The notes beneath the pieces are model-generated. The model searched no databases. It saw only the letters and a program-made list of their open reading frames with translations, and was not told where the DNA came from. DNA of 64,000 nt from IMG/VR virus record IMGVR_UViG_3300042885_000900; one strand, written 5' to 3'. Shown here in pieces: positions 16,518 through 25,643 of the stretch; positions within the stretch are counted from its first letter, which is position 1; every line of letters starts with the position of its first letter. The position numbers were made by a program, and so were the translations under genes. The DNA is from a virus. Taxonomy: Duplodnaviria > Heunggongvirae > Uroviricota > Caudoviricetes.

Positions 16518-18887
16518 TTATTGAGAAACATAACTAATATTTTCTTCTTTTTTAATCCTCACCACATTGTCCGCCCAATTCGTTACCAGTGGATTGTGTG
16601 TGATGACGAATATCTTCTCAAAATACTCTTTAATCTTGGTAAAGAACTCCGATACCATCTCCAAGTTATCGTTGGATATCTTCCCGAATACTTCATCAAA
16701 CACCACAACATTGGCTCTTGGTAATGAACATATCTTACTCAACACCGCTCTCAACGCTAATGAAGCAATTGACCTTTCATATCCTGAACCGGATGACATT
16801 GGTTTCTCAACTTGAGTATTGTTATCAATCATTAAAAAATCAACCTCATTCTTGTCGTTAATTCTAACCTCTAATCTGAAGTGACAACTATCTTCCAACA
16901 ACCTTTGAAGTTCACTATTAATAAGTGGCATCATCGTTTTCATTATAAATTTGGTTACCCCATTTTTACCAAATATTTCCAAATATATTTTATAAATTCG
17001 TTCTCTCTCGGCTTCTTCACCAATTTTCCTAATTGTTTCCAAGTTAGATGTTATATTGGTTATAAGATTGGTTATTGTAAATTTATTGTTAGAGATACTG
17101 GTTTCTATAGTTTTTTTCTCACCTTCAAGTTCATCTATTCTAATTCCGGCTTTGATTAACAATCCATCGGTTTTATTATTTTCAATAACCTTATCCTGAA
17201 CTTCGGTATATCTTTCCAATTTGGTTTTCAACGCCTCAATCATTAACTGGAATCTCTCAACACTTAATTCATATTTTTCTTTAATAAGTTTGTTTTTTTC
17301 ATACTCATCAAATTCTTTTTTAAGATTAACAAAACCGAGTTCTTTGCTGGTTAAATCACGCATTAACCCCTCTAATTCCCCTTTGTGTGTGATAAACCCC
17401 GCAAGCTCTCCAATTTTTGCGTTGGTAATTGCTGCGTTCATAAGTTCAATACCACAGTGTTCACATTTGATTCCACCATCAACAGAACTTTTAAGTTCCT
17501 CAATGTTTTTAATCTTTGCGTTGTTGTCGGCTTGTTTGGTAATTAAATCTTTAATCTCTTGTTTTACCTCATCGTGTTTATCCTCGTGGTAAAATTCGGA
17601 TGGTTCAACAACTTTAACCCCATCTCTATCAGAAACGGATTTAGATTTTTGTGTCTCCAACCCGCTAATTTCTTCCTGAACCTTATCCGGAGATACCATT
17701 GTTAATTCCTTATCAATGTTGTGTTTGGAATTTAATAACCCATCGCGATACTGTTGACCTTTAAGAATCCTTTCTTTAGTATCACCCAATTGACCATCCA
17801 ATGTAAGATTAGTTTCCGTTAGATTATCAATTGTGTCTTGACTGGTTTGGTTATCCGTTTTAAGTTGTTCTGAGTTATAAATGTTTGATAACATTCCTTT
17901 GGAAAATTCACTATAAATTTCTTTGGCAGCTTCTTCCTTACGCTTAAGAAAATCTAACCCCATAAATCTTGAAAGAACCTGACCCCTCGCTGTTGGTTTG
18001 GCATCAATTAGTTCTTCCAAGTTAGTGGCAGTTGTTAGGATGGTCATTAAGAAGTCCTCTTTAGTTCCGATAGACGTTTTGATAAACGCCTCGGTCTCTC
18101 TTCGTTGTTCTCCGGTGAAGTTCTGCAAACTACCATCAGACAATCTTTTATAAAAGTCCAACTCGGTCTTAACCGTCCATTCGTTTTTCTTTGATAACTT
18201 TCTCTCAATATTTCTCAATATGATATACTCCTCACCATCAATTGTAATTTCTCCTTTTACAGCAACTTTATTTCTTTCGGTGAATCTATTAAATATCTCC
18301 TCGGCTTTGGATGTCTTGGTGGTCTCATTAAAGAATAAGAACATAAGTAAATCTACCGTAAGAACCGTCTTACCTCCAAAGTTAGGTGGGTTTGATTCCA
18401 CAACCGTAATCCCATCACACTTCTCAAAATCTATCTTCTGATTCTCACCATAGGATAAAAAGTTTGAGAATTCAATATTTTTGATATACCATCTTTTAAA
18501 TGGTGATGCGTCGGTTTGGTCCTGCAACAATTTGTTATCCACAATACTATTAAGCTGGTAGATATCATCGTAGTGTTCCATATTCCCTTTTGACTCCAAG
18601 AATGAACGAACTAACTCTAATTGATAGTTCTCATCCAAAATGTTAAAGGAGATGTCTACGGTATGCGTGGTGTCGTCAGCAACCTTTGTTTTTGTTATTA
18701 CATTAACATTGGTTGTGTTATACTTCTTTTGAAAGTAATGACGAACACTCTTTATTTTTTCTTGTGTAAAATTTTCTACATAATCCTCCCACACAATCTG
18801 TAGGTAAGGATTATCAAAGTTTGTGATATCTAAATCTTTTATCATTATTGTGTAATTAAATTCTATTGCAGGATTAAATAAATCCAT
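16518..18887 (-). CDS. SbcC/Rad50/gp46-like SMC ATPase with ~130-aa N-terminal extension
   Basis: IEFSNFLSYG, Walker A variant NPPNFGGKT, coiled coils, zinc hook CEHC, signature variant SSGSGYE, Walker B VVFDE, H-loop ITH. Confidence 0.88.
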   Translation of the reverse strand: MDLFNPAIEFNYTIMIKDLDITNFDNPYLQIVWEDYVENFTQEKIKSVRHYFQKKYNTTNVNVITKTKVADDTTHTVDISFNILDENYQLELVRSFLESKGNMEHYDDIYQLNSIVDNKLLQDQTDASPFKRWYIKNIEFSNFLSYGENQKIDFEKCDGITVVESNPPNFGGKTVLTVDLLMFLFFNETTKTSKAEEIFNRFTERNKVAVKGEITIDGEEYIILRNIERKLSKKNEWTVKTELDFYKRLSDGSLQNFTGEQRRETEAFIKTSIGTKEDFLMTILTTATNLEELIDAKPTARGQVLSRFMGLDFLKRKEEAAKEIYSEFSKGMLSNIYNSEQLKTDNQTSQDTIDNLTETNLTLDGQLGDTKERILKGQQYRDGLLNSKHNIDKELTMVSPDKVQEEISGLETQKSKSVSDRDGVKVVEPSEFYHEDKHDEVKQEIKDLITKQADNNAKIKNIEELKSSVDGGIKCEHCGIELMNAAITNAKIGELAGFITHKGELEGLMRDLTSKELGFVNLKKEFDEYEKNKLIKEKYELSVERFQLMIEALKTKLERYTEVQDKVIENNKTDGLLIKAGIRIDELEGEKKTIETSISNNKFTITNLITNITSNLETIRKIGEEAERERIYKIYLEIFGKNGVTKFIMKTMMPLINSELQRLLEDSCHFRLEVRINDKNEVDFLMIDNNTQVEKPMSSGSGYERSIASLALRAVLSKICSLPRANVVVFDEVFGKISNDNLEMVSEFFTKIKEYFEKIFVITHNPLVTNWADNVVRIKKEENISYVSQ

Positions 18888-18892
18888 ATTTT

Positions 18893-19408
18893 TTAGTTCA
18901 CTTCTTCAACCTCTTCTTGAATGGCGTCTCCACCGTCTCTCCTATCTTGAGCTTCCAACACATTGTCTAAATTCCAACCATCATAAGCCGTTAATTTCAC
19001 ACAACCACCTTCCATCCAATAGTATTCCGACATCCATTCATCCCATTTGGAATCAACTAACTTAATGAAGTTCTCGTCATTACCTCTATCTCGGTATCGT
19101 TTGATGAACTCCTCTTTTCTATCACTATCCGGATAAACCAAATAGAAGAAAATACAATTATCCAATAAAGCGTCTCTAACTTCTTTATGTGAAGACACAA
19201 AGATGTATTTATATTTACCAATATTATCTTTGATATGGGTAATGTAGTTCTGTGGAAACTCTGGATTTCTAACCTTTTCACCACTCTCATTAACAACCCA
19301 GCTAAAACCACTTGAATCGGAATCCAAAGTGGTTTTAGGGTTGTTTATATGATAAGTTGTTTTTCCTACTCCAGGAAATGCGGATACTATTTTAGTTCTC
19401 AACTTCAA
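18893..19408 (-). CDS. Small P-loop NTPase (nucleotide-kinase-like)
   Basis: SAFPGVGKTT Walker A, LDSDSS. Confidence 0.75.
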   Translation of the reverse strand: MKLRTKIVSAFPGVGKTTYHINNPKTTLDSDSSGFSWVVNESGEKVRNPEFPQNYITHIKDNIGKYKYIFVSSHKEVRDALLDNCIFFYLVYPDSDRKEEFIKRYRDRGNDENFIKLVDSKWDEWMSEYYWMEGGCVKLTAYDGWNLDNVLEAQDRRDGGDAIQEEVEEVN

Positions 19409-19655
19409 CTTCAGGTGTTACTACCTCAGCCTCAACGATGTTAATATCATTTACATCACTTACAACCTCGGCGTTTATATCCATTGTTTCACCATTCTCA
19501 TTTTGGTATTGAGCTTTCATTGTTTCCATTTGTTTCTCAAACATTTCGGTATACTCCGCTTGAGCTTTCTTTCTTAATCCTCTAAGAGAGTTGTTTCTTG
19601 TTGTAACTCTTGTTTTGTGAGCTTTTGCTCCACCTCGTAATTTTGACTTTGGCAT
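19392..19655 (-). CDS. Hypothetical protein with basic N-terminus
   Basis: Tiled ORF. Confidence 0.7.
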   Translation of the reverse strand: MPKSKLRGGAKAHKTRVTTRNNSLRGLRKKAQAEYTEMFEKQMETMKAQYQNENGETMDINAEVVSDVNDINIVEAEVVTPEVEVEN

Positions 19656-19667
19656 GATTGTTTTTAT

Positions 19668-20174
19668 TTAATTGTTATTTATTTCTTTTTCTATTTCTTC
19701 TAAAGTTATTTCCGGTTCATTCTCAACTTGTTCTCTTAATTCTTGAGTTAACATATCAGTAATTCGTTGATATGGATTTTCATTTGACACCTCCATTTTA
19801 GACCGTTCTATTTTTTCATCTGTCGAATCATCTCTATACATTTCCAACCATTCAGGTCTCTCTTGGACTTGAATACTATTCACCTTTTCAATCATTTTTT
19901 GAACTTCTGTTTTACTACCTTGTAACATTTTAGATAGTTTAACTTTTCTCTCAATTGATTTAAATCGTGAGTAATAATCCCCCGTAATTTCATCAAAATT
20001 TATATCTATCTCATTTTGGTCCAAATATTCAACAATATTCATAACCTCAACACATTCATCACTGAGACCCATATCAATTATTAATTGAAAAAAATCCACA
20101 CATTTGATTACTTTTCTAGTTTGAGTTTTTTCTTTCAAATACTTAATTACAAAATCACCTAATTTACTTTCCAT
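19668..20174 (-). CDS. Hypothetical protein (168 aa)
   Basis: Tiled ORF. Confidence 0.72.
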   Translation of the reverse strand: MESKLGDFVIKYLKEKTQTRKVIKCVDFFQLIIDMGLSDECVEVMNIVEYLDQNEIDINFDEITGDYYSRFKSIERKVKLSKMLQGSKTEVQKMIEKVNSIQVQERPEWLEMYRDDSTDEKIERSKMEVSNENPYQRITDMLTQELREQVENEPEITLEEIEKEINNN

Positions 20175-20177
20175 ATT

Positions 20178-20525
20178 TTAATTTTTCACTGGTCTGTTCT
20201 CCTCAAACCATTCAACAATAGAATTTATTATCCACACAGCCCCTGATGATAATAGACCATCAAAGAACCAAGACACATTTTCGGAAATACCGAATAATTG
20301 GTGTATTGGAGAGTATAATAAAAAACTCAATAAAAATCCACTCCAGGTGCTAAAACACATTGGACAGGTTAATATACCCGATATAAAACGTCCTAATCCG
20401 TTAAAAGGTGTGTATTGGTTATTTCCCCATTTTTTAAAGAAATCTCTCAATCCCTGAAAGATTGACCCGTATACCATAATGTTCATAAGCCCATAACTTA
20501 AAATGAACCAAACTAATATTTCCAT
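20178..20525 (-). CDS. DUF1360-like membrane protein
   Basis: Three hydrophobic helices and LTCPMCFSTW motif. Confidence 0.65.
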   Translation of the reverse strand: MEILVWFILSYGLMNIMVYGSIFQGLRDFFKKWGNNQYTPFNGLGRFISGILTCPMCFSTWSGFLLSFLLYSPIHQLFGISENVSWFFDGLLSSGAVWIINSIVEWFEENRPVKN

Positions 20526-20526
20526 A

Positions 20527-21240
20527 TTATAAATTTTCTGTTAAGTTAGAACCTTTCATATAAACCGCACCACGCTCTATATTACTTGATTCCAATTGTT
20601 TATTTATTTTTTCAAGCTCTTCTATTCTTGTGTTCTTTAAAGATAGTTCTTTTCTTAATTTCTGTAAAGTTTCTTGGATAAGTTTTAATTTATCATTTCC
20701 GGAATCAACCTCAACTATAACTTCTTTAATAACCTCTACCACCTTCTCCACCTCAATAATTCTATCCACCGGAACTTCCTTAATAACCTCCACTATCTTC
20801 TCAATAATAATTGGTTCAGGTTCGTCCCTTTTTTCCTCTATAATTGGGACGGGATTGTCGTAAATATATACTATTTTTTCGACAGGAACTTCCACTTTTA
20901 TCTCCCTAATGACTTCTCTATCAACATATTTGATAATTTCTATTTCCGTGGGTGGGCTCGGAACTTCTTTAATGATTTCCACTTCCTTAATGACCTCAAC
21001 TTCTTTGATAACTTCAACAGGAACTTCTACCCGTATTTCACGGATTACCTCAATTTCTACCTGTTTTTCCTCAACAATACTCGTTTTTCCCGAATCATCA
21101 CCAAGCAGACCATATTTAGTTGTGTTAAATCCACCAGTAAAACATTTTACGATGAATTTATCAATGTCCTCAATATCGTTTAATTTACAATACTCATTGA
21201 CACTAGTTAATTGACTATTTGTTAACACGATTTGCTTCAC
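20527..21240 (-). CDS. Hypothetical protein with IKEV/VEV low-complexity repeats and C-terminal coiled coil
   Basis: Repeated (V/I)E(V/I)IKEV units. Confidence 0.75.
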   Translation of the reverse strand: MKQIVLTNSQLTSVNEYCKLNDIEDIDKFIVKCFTGGFNTTKYGLLGDDSGKTSIVEEKQVEIEVIREIRVEVPVEVIKEVEVIKEVEIIKEVPSPPTEIEIIKYVDREVIREIKVEVPVEKIVYIYDNPVPIIEEKRDEPEPIIIEKIVEVIKEVPVDRIIEVEKVVEVIKEVIVEVDSGNDKLKLIQETLQKLRKELSLKNTRIEELEKINKQLESSNIERGAVYMKGSNLTENL

Positions 21241-21318
21241 GCTCTTTGTCTTCTTGTTCTATTTTTTTAAGTAATTCTTCCCACTCCTCATCGGAGTATT
21301 TATGTCTAAGATTTCCCA

Positions 21319-21939
21319 TTATATTATTTTATCTCGTTTAATTATATTCTCAATAGCCCATAAAGGTTGTAAATTAGTATAATGACATAATTTTTTTAAT
21401 TCATCATCATTTTTAGCGGATGATAATGGAATAATATGGTCAATATGCCAACCAAATAATCCGTGATTCTCCCAACACATACCATCTTTAAATTGTTTTT
21501 CCAAATAACTTTTTAATTCTGAAGGTGAACAACCAATTAAATCAAAGGTGGATTCTCTATTACTACCCAAAATTTTATTTGTCTTACTTCTATACAACAT
21601 TTTTAATTTTAAGATAGGGTCATCTTTTTTTCGTTGAACCATTTTTGAGTTAATAAAATCTCTATTCCTTTCAACATAATCTTTTTTATATTGTTCAACT
21701 TTATCTTTATTATTATTCCCCCAAATTTTAACTCTATCAATAATTATTTTTTGATTTTCAATGTAATATTCTTTAGATTTTTCTAATATTTTTTCTTTAT
21801 TATCAATATAATATTGTTTTTTATATTCTTTAACACAAACTTTACAATTGTCCTGTAAACCATCCTTAGAACTTTTATTTTTATTAAAATCAAATAATGA
21901 TTTATCTACCGAACATTTTTTACAAATTTTCTTTTTCAA
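21319..21939 (-). CDS. HNH homing endonuclease with N-terminal CxxC...CxxC finger (TTG start)
   Basis: CKKC...NCKVC; WHIDHIIPLS...HYTNLQPLWAIEN. Confidence 0.87.
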   Translation of the reverse strand: MKKKICKKCSVDKSLFDFNKNKSSKDGLQDNCKVCVKEYKKQYYIDNKEKILEKSKEYYIENQKIIIDRVKIWGNNNKDKVEQYKKDYVERNRDFINSKMVQRKKDDPILKLKMLYRSKTNKILGSNRESTFDLIGCSPSELKSYLEKQFKDGMCWENHGLFGWHIDHIIPLSSAKNDDELKKLCHYTNLQPLWAIENIIKRDKII

Positions 21940-22078
21940 ATTTATAATCTTCTAATAATTTATTAACGAGTGACGACAAGTTAATATGAAGACCCCTGTA
22001 ATATTCCAACAATTCAGGTTTAATAGCTATCGATATACTCTGTTTTTTTTCTTCATTATTTTTTTTGTTTCTTCCCAT
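21920..22078 (-). CDS. 52-aa ribbon-helix-helix / CcdA-like protein (not in ORF track)
   Basis: MGRNKKNNEEKKQSISIAIKPELLEYYRGLHINLSSLVNKLLEDYKFEKENL; overlaps HNH start by 20 nt; TATTTATA at 22083-22090. Confidence 0.72.
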   Translation of the reverse strand: MGRNKKNNEEKKQSISIAIKPELLEYYRGLHINLSSLVNKLLEDYKFEKENL

Positions 22079-22082
22079 ATTA

Positions 22083-22090
22083 TATAAATA
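22083..22090 (-). promoter_or_regulatory. Putative late-promoter motif TATTTATA
   Basis: 4 nt from ATG 22078. Confidence 0.6.
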
Positions 22091-22130
22091 TCATAGTTTT
22101 TAGTAAAGTTGTTATTTTTAACAATTTTAT

Positions 22131-22913
22131 TTATAAATTTACCAATTTTTCAGTTCCATTTATTATATCATCAAATGATTTCATTTTAAACGATAAGAAA
22201 GGTTTTGGATTGTGTAAATCAACAAACGAGTATTCATCAGTTTCTAAATTATATATTCCAAATCCGTGTTTAGTAATACTTTCCCCATAGTTCTGAGCAA
22301 TCAAACTCCCTATCATTACACCTCTTTTACCATTTGGGATATTAAAGCTTGCTCTCTTATGAACATCTCCACATAGAACGAGGTCAAGACCGTTAAATTT
22401 TTCAACATCATAAGCGTGTGAACCAAAGTCAAACCCTAAATCTGTAGTTAATCCGGCAACAGGGTCGTGAAATAACCCAATCTTAAATCCAACCGCAGTA
22501 TCAACTTCCGGTGGAATATTACCTTGAAATTGTGAATATACGCACCAAGACACATTCTCATCCTCATAAATCCCTCTATTCTTGTAATAAACAATATTTG
22601 GATTATTTAAATTATCAACAATAGGTGTTATACTATCCAACCTTTCATCATTCTTTAAATTTGCGTCGTGATTACCAGGAATTAAAACTATTTTAGCGAT
22701 TTTAGAACATTCTGTTAATACCCAAGAAGACATTTCTATCGCCTCAGGGGTTAATTGATTTTTTGAATGTAATAAATCCCCCGTAAAGACAATTCTATCC
22801 GGAGCAATCTCTCTGAATTGTTCCAACATATTATTTAAGATACCACGATATAAATCGTGGTCTTTAAATAATCGTATATGTAAGTCACTAAAGTGAACTA
22901 ATTTTTTTATCAT
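22131..22913 (-). CDS. SbcD/Mre11/gp47-like metallophosphoesterase nuclease (short, ~260 aa)
   Basis: SDLH, GDLLH, GNHD, H and GDVH motifs; probable start MIKK at 22913. Confidence 0.88.
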   Translation of the reverse strand: MIKKLVHFSDLHIRLFKDHDLYRGILNNMLEQFREIAPDRIVFTGDLLHSKNQLTPEAIEMSSWVLTECSKIAKIVLIPGNHDANLKNDERLDSITPIVDNLNNPNIVYYKNRGIYEDENVSWCVYSQFQGNIPPEVDTAVGFKIGLFHDPVAGLTTDLGFDFGSHAYDVEKFNGLDLVLCGDVHKRASFNIPNGKRGVMIGSLIAQNYGESITKHGFGIYNLETDEYSFVDLHNPKPFLSFKMKSFDDIINGTEKLVNL

Positions 22914-22914
22914 A

Positions 22915-23100
22915 TTATTTTTCAATTTTCCAATTTAATAATCCCCATACTAAAATTAAAGCAGGTATTCCTACCCACCATAACCATTCATCATGACATT
23001 TAACACCATTAATTGACATAATGATATATGTTATTGTTGGTATCCACCACAATGACGCAGTGCAAGGAGCACAAACACCTTCTTTTTTAATTAATTTCAT
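22915..23100 (-). CDS. Small two-TM membrane protein
   Basis: Trp-rich hydrophobic helices. Confidence 0.6.
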   Translation of the reverse strand: MKLIKKEGVCAPCTASLWWIPTITYIIMSINGVKCHDEWLWWVGIPALILVWGLLNWKIEK

Positions 23101-23315
23101 TATTTATCAAATAATTTAAAATCCTCATTGACGTGACCACAATCATCACAACGATAAGTGGGGAATGGAACAATCGTATCTTCCTGACTTCCTGTTAATA
23201 ATTTGTTTACTTTTTTTATCATAACAACTTCCTTGAAGTAGATGCTTCCGCATTCTTCACACTCAAGTGTTGGTTGTTTTTTTAAATCAATCTTTGGTTG
23301 CAATAAATCATCCAT
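23100..23315 (-). CDS. Small zinc-ribbon protein
   Basis: CEEC and CDDC pairs. Confidence 0.72.
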   Translation of the reverse strand: MDDLLQPKIDLKKQPTLECEECGSIYFKEVVMIKKVNKLLTGSQEDTIVPFPTYRCDDCGHVNEDFKLFDK

Positions 23316-23343
23316 ATACTTTTTTTATAAATTTAGTTGTTAA

Positions 23344-24210
23344 TTACTTACTAGTCAAATATTTTTTCATATCCATATCCAAGATAGTTTGTTGAACTTC
23401 TTTTGGAATCCTAAACTCCTCAAATGTTCCATCGTCTTTAACCAAAACAATTATACACCCATAAACTTTAATGTTTTCATATTTAGACCCTTTCAACATC
23501 TTCAACAACAATTTACAATAAAATGGTAATTGTGTTGAGTAGTGACCCAAAGCAGTGTCATCCAATTTTTCAAAAGGTGAAAACATTTTTTTGGTAAAAT
23601 ATCCCGCTTCAAAGTTTTTTGGTTTGTTTGTTTTATAATCGGTACAGACAATCCCTACTTCAGTTTTATCTTTATTCTCAATTAACCACATTTTATCCGG
23701 AGCTCCTGTATAACCATATTCATTATCACCAAGAATTAACTCGGTATCTAATAATATTGCACCACGCTCTTTCATAGTTTCTAAAAAGTTGGTTCCTGCG
23801 GACACCATAGAATCACTGCGTAATATTTGTTCAAAATTACATTCAAATTCAGGTTGTCTAACTTCTTTATCTAACCCAAACATCTCTAATGATTTTTTTT
23901 CTAATAAAAAGTGAGTTCTACTCCCCACATTTATAGAATAGTCAGCCGCAGCCTTCCATTCATCTAATAGTTGTTGTTGAACTTCAGGGTCTCCCTTGGC
24001 TTTCTTTAGTGAGATACCTTCGGTATCAAACTCCTCATAGAAGTATTTCATTACCTTACTAACGGAGGGATAATCATTTCTAACAACACCCGTCTCATCT
24101 TTCATATAATAAGTGTGGGTGTCTTCAACAAAGGTTAAATCAAGTTCCTCTCTTCGTTTATCCAACAATCCTCTAATCTCTTTCGCAACCTCGTTTAAAT
24201 CTATTTTCAT
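23344..24210 (-). CDS. PD-(D/E)XK (RecB/Cas4-like) exonuclease
   Basis: PSVS, GSRTH, TE...GAPD...DYKT, HYSTQL..Y; probable start MKIDL at 24210. Confidence 0.82.
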   Translation of the reverse strand: MKIDLNEVAKEIRGLLDKRREELDLTFVEDTHTYYMKDETGVVRNDYPSVSKVMKYFYEEFDTEGISLKKAKGDPEVQQQLLDEWKAAADYSINVGSRTHFLLEKKSLEMFGLDKEVRQPEFECNFEQILRSDSMVSAGTNFLETMKERGAILLDTELILGDNEYGYTGAPDKMWLIENKDKTEVGIVCTDYKTNKPKNFEAGYFTKKMFSPFEKLDDTALGHYSTQLPFYCKLLLKMLKGSKYENIKVYGCIIVLVKDDGTFEEFRIPKEVQQTILDMDMKKYLTSK

Positions 24211-24211
24211 A

Positions 24212-24379
24212 TTATTTTTCAAATTTTGTTTTAAGATATTCAATTAGATATTTCGCATAACTAGTTAAATATTCATTACCCTCAAAGGTGAATACAGTAA
24301 TGTTGTTTTGAATGGCGTTTTGGTGCTCGTTTTTTAAATTTCTGAAGGTCGTCAAATCAAATGAAACTGTGTTGGACAT
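24212..24379 (-). CDS. 55-aa hypothetical protein (not in ORF track)
   Basis: MSNTVSFDLTTFRNLKNEHQNAIQNNITVFTFEGNEYLTSYAKYLIEYLKTKFEK fills the gap and abuts the next ATG. Confidence 0.65.
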   Translation of the reverse strand: MSNTVSFDLTTFRNLKNEHQNAIQNNITVFTFEGNEYLTSYAKYLIEYLKTKFEK

Positions 24380-24440
24380 AACTTATTGTTTTAATGTTGG
24401 GGCAAAGTAATAACATTTATTTCATATAACCAAATAAAAT

Positions 24441-25340
24441 CTACTTTATTTCATAATAATATTCACCAATATTACCCCTTAAATCCGCAACATCCTTATC
24501 ATCAGTTAGTTTAATGATTTTTATTTTACCATATAATCTACCCCCATTTAACTGGTGATACAATTTAACCGCATCTCTCCAAGCATCAGAGTCAAGACAA
24601 ATGGTAATATTATTGATTGCCTTTTCATACAATGTCTCAAATAATAACTCCGACATATGTTTTCCTAACATAGGAATACTATTGGGTAGAAACAACCCAT
24701 CAAATACACCCTCAACAATAAAAATGGGTCTAAACCAATCAATTAAATTTTCATTAAATATGATTTCATCTTTTGGTGTTTCAGGGTTTTTATATTTGGC
24801 ACGACTATTTGGGTCCCAACTTCTAGCAATAAAATAATTTAAATAACCTTTTTCATTATATGAAGGTATGATAACTCTACCACCGAAACTACCCTTATCA
24901 CAAAAACCAATACCATACTTTTCAATAATATCATCACCAATACCACGAATTTTAAGATAATTGTAGGCTTGATTCCTAATTGGATATCGTGGGCTACTAT
25001 CTTTGAATAAAGTGAATCCTTCAGGAAGTGTTAATCTTTTCTTTTTTTCTTCTCTTGGTTTATACTCTTCCGGTTGGAGAACATTATAAATTTTCTTTTG
25101 TTTTTTATTACCATATAAGTCAAATAATTTACCTAAAGGACCTTTGGTATTATCCACATCTCCACAAGACCAGCACTTATAAACATGCTGAAAATAATTC
25201 ACCTCTAAATTACCTTTGTGTTGTCCTTCATCACAATTAACACAATCAAACGATATTTGACCTTTATGTCCATAGTGTTGTTTCTCGTCTCCAAGTATTT
25301 CTCGTAATAATTCTATTAATATTTCCGCATCATCTGACAT
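24441..25340 (-). CDS. DNA primase (zinc-binding domain plus TOPRIM)
   Basis: CVNC...CWSC; YL..RGI, IIPSY, F.AR, EG.FD, CLDSDA; probable start MSDDAE at 25340. Confidence 0.88.
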   Translation of the reverse strand: MSDDAEILIELLREILGDEKQHYGHKGQISFDCVNCDEGQHKGNLEVNYFQHVYKCWSCGDVDNTKGPLGKLFDLYGNKKQKKIYNVLQPEEYKPREEKKKRLTLPEGFTLFKDSSPRYPIRNQAYNYLKIRGIGDDIIEKYGIGFCDKGSFGGRVIIPSYNEKGYLNYFIARSWDPNSRAKYKNPETPKDEIIFNENLIDWFRPIFIVEGVFDGLFLPNSIPMLGKHMSELLFETLYEKAINNITICLDSDAWRDAVKLYHQLNGGRLYGKIKIIKLTDDKDVADLRGNIGEYYYEIK

Positions 25341-25345
25341 AAAGA

Positions 25346-25377
25346 CAAAGATAATAATAAATTTTATAATATCCAAA
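25346..25377 (-). promoter_or_regulatory. Bacteroidota consensus promoter TTTG-N20-TATCTTTG, near-leaderless primase mRNA
   Basis: -7 at 25346-25353, -33 at 25374-25377; ATG at 25340. Confidence 0.75.
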
Positions 25378-25402
25378 CTACAAAAGTTTTATAAACCCTT
25401 TA

Positions 25403-25410
25403 TATTTATA
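25403..25410 (+). promoter_or_regulatory. Putative late-promoter motif TATTTATA
   Basis: On coding strand upstream of ATG 25428. Confidence 0.6.
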
Positions 25411-25427
25411 AAATATATTATAAAAAG

Positions 25428-25643
25428 ATGCCAACACAAATAACGATTAACGATATCACCGGTACACCACCATTCAATATATATATATGTGATAACCCTA
25501 TCACAATATGTGTATATGAAGAAACCATAACATCATTCCCATATTTGTTTAATATTCCATCTATAATACCAGAACAATCGTCTGTTAATTTAAAAGTTAT
25601 TGACAATAACGGTTGTGAATCAATTTTAAATTTAAATCTATAA
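25428..25643 (+). CDS. Small beta-rich structural protein resembling a single SprB-like module
   Basis: GTPPFNIY and KVIDNNGC motifs. Confidence 0.6.
   Translation: MPTQITINDITGTPPFNIYICDNPITICVYEETITSFPYLFNIPSIIPEQSSVNLKVIDNNGCESILNLNL

Noticed and set aside
21215-21319. 34-aa ORF MGNLRHKYSDEEWEELLKKIEQEDKEREANRVNK
   Set aside because: It fills the gap plausibly but is too short and motif-free to support as a feature
23344-24210. Cas4-like nuclease as part of a CRISPR system
   Set aside because: No Fe-S cysteine cluster, array or other cas genes; it sits in a replication operon
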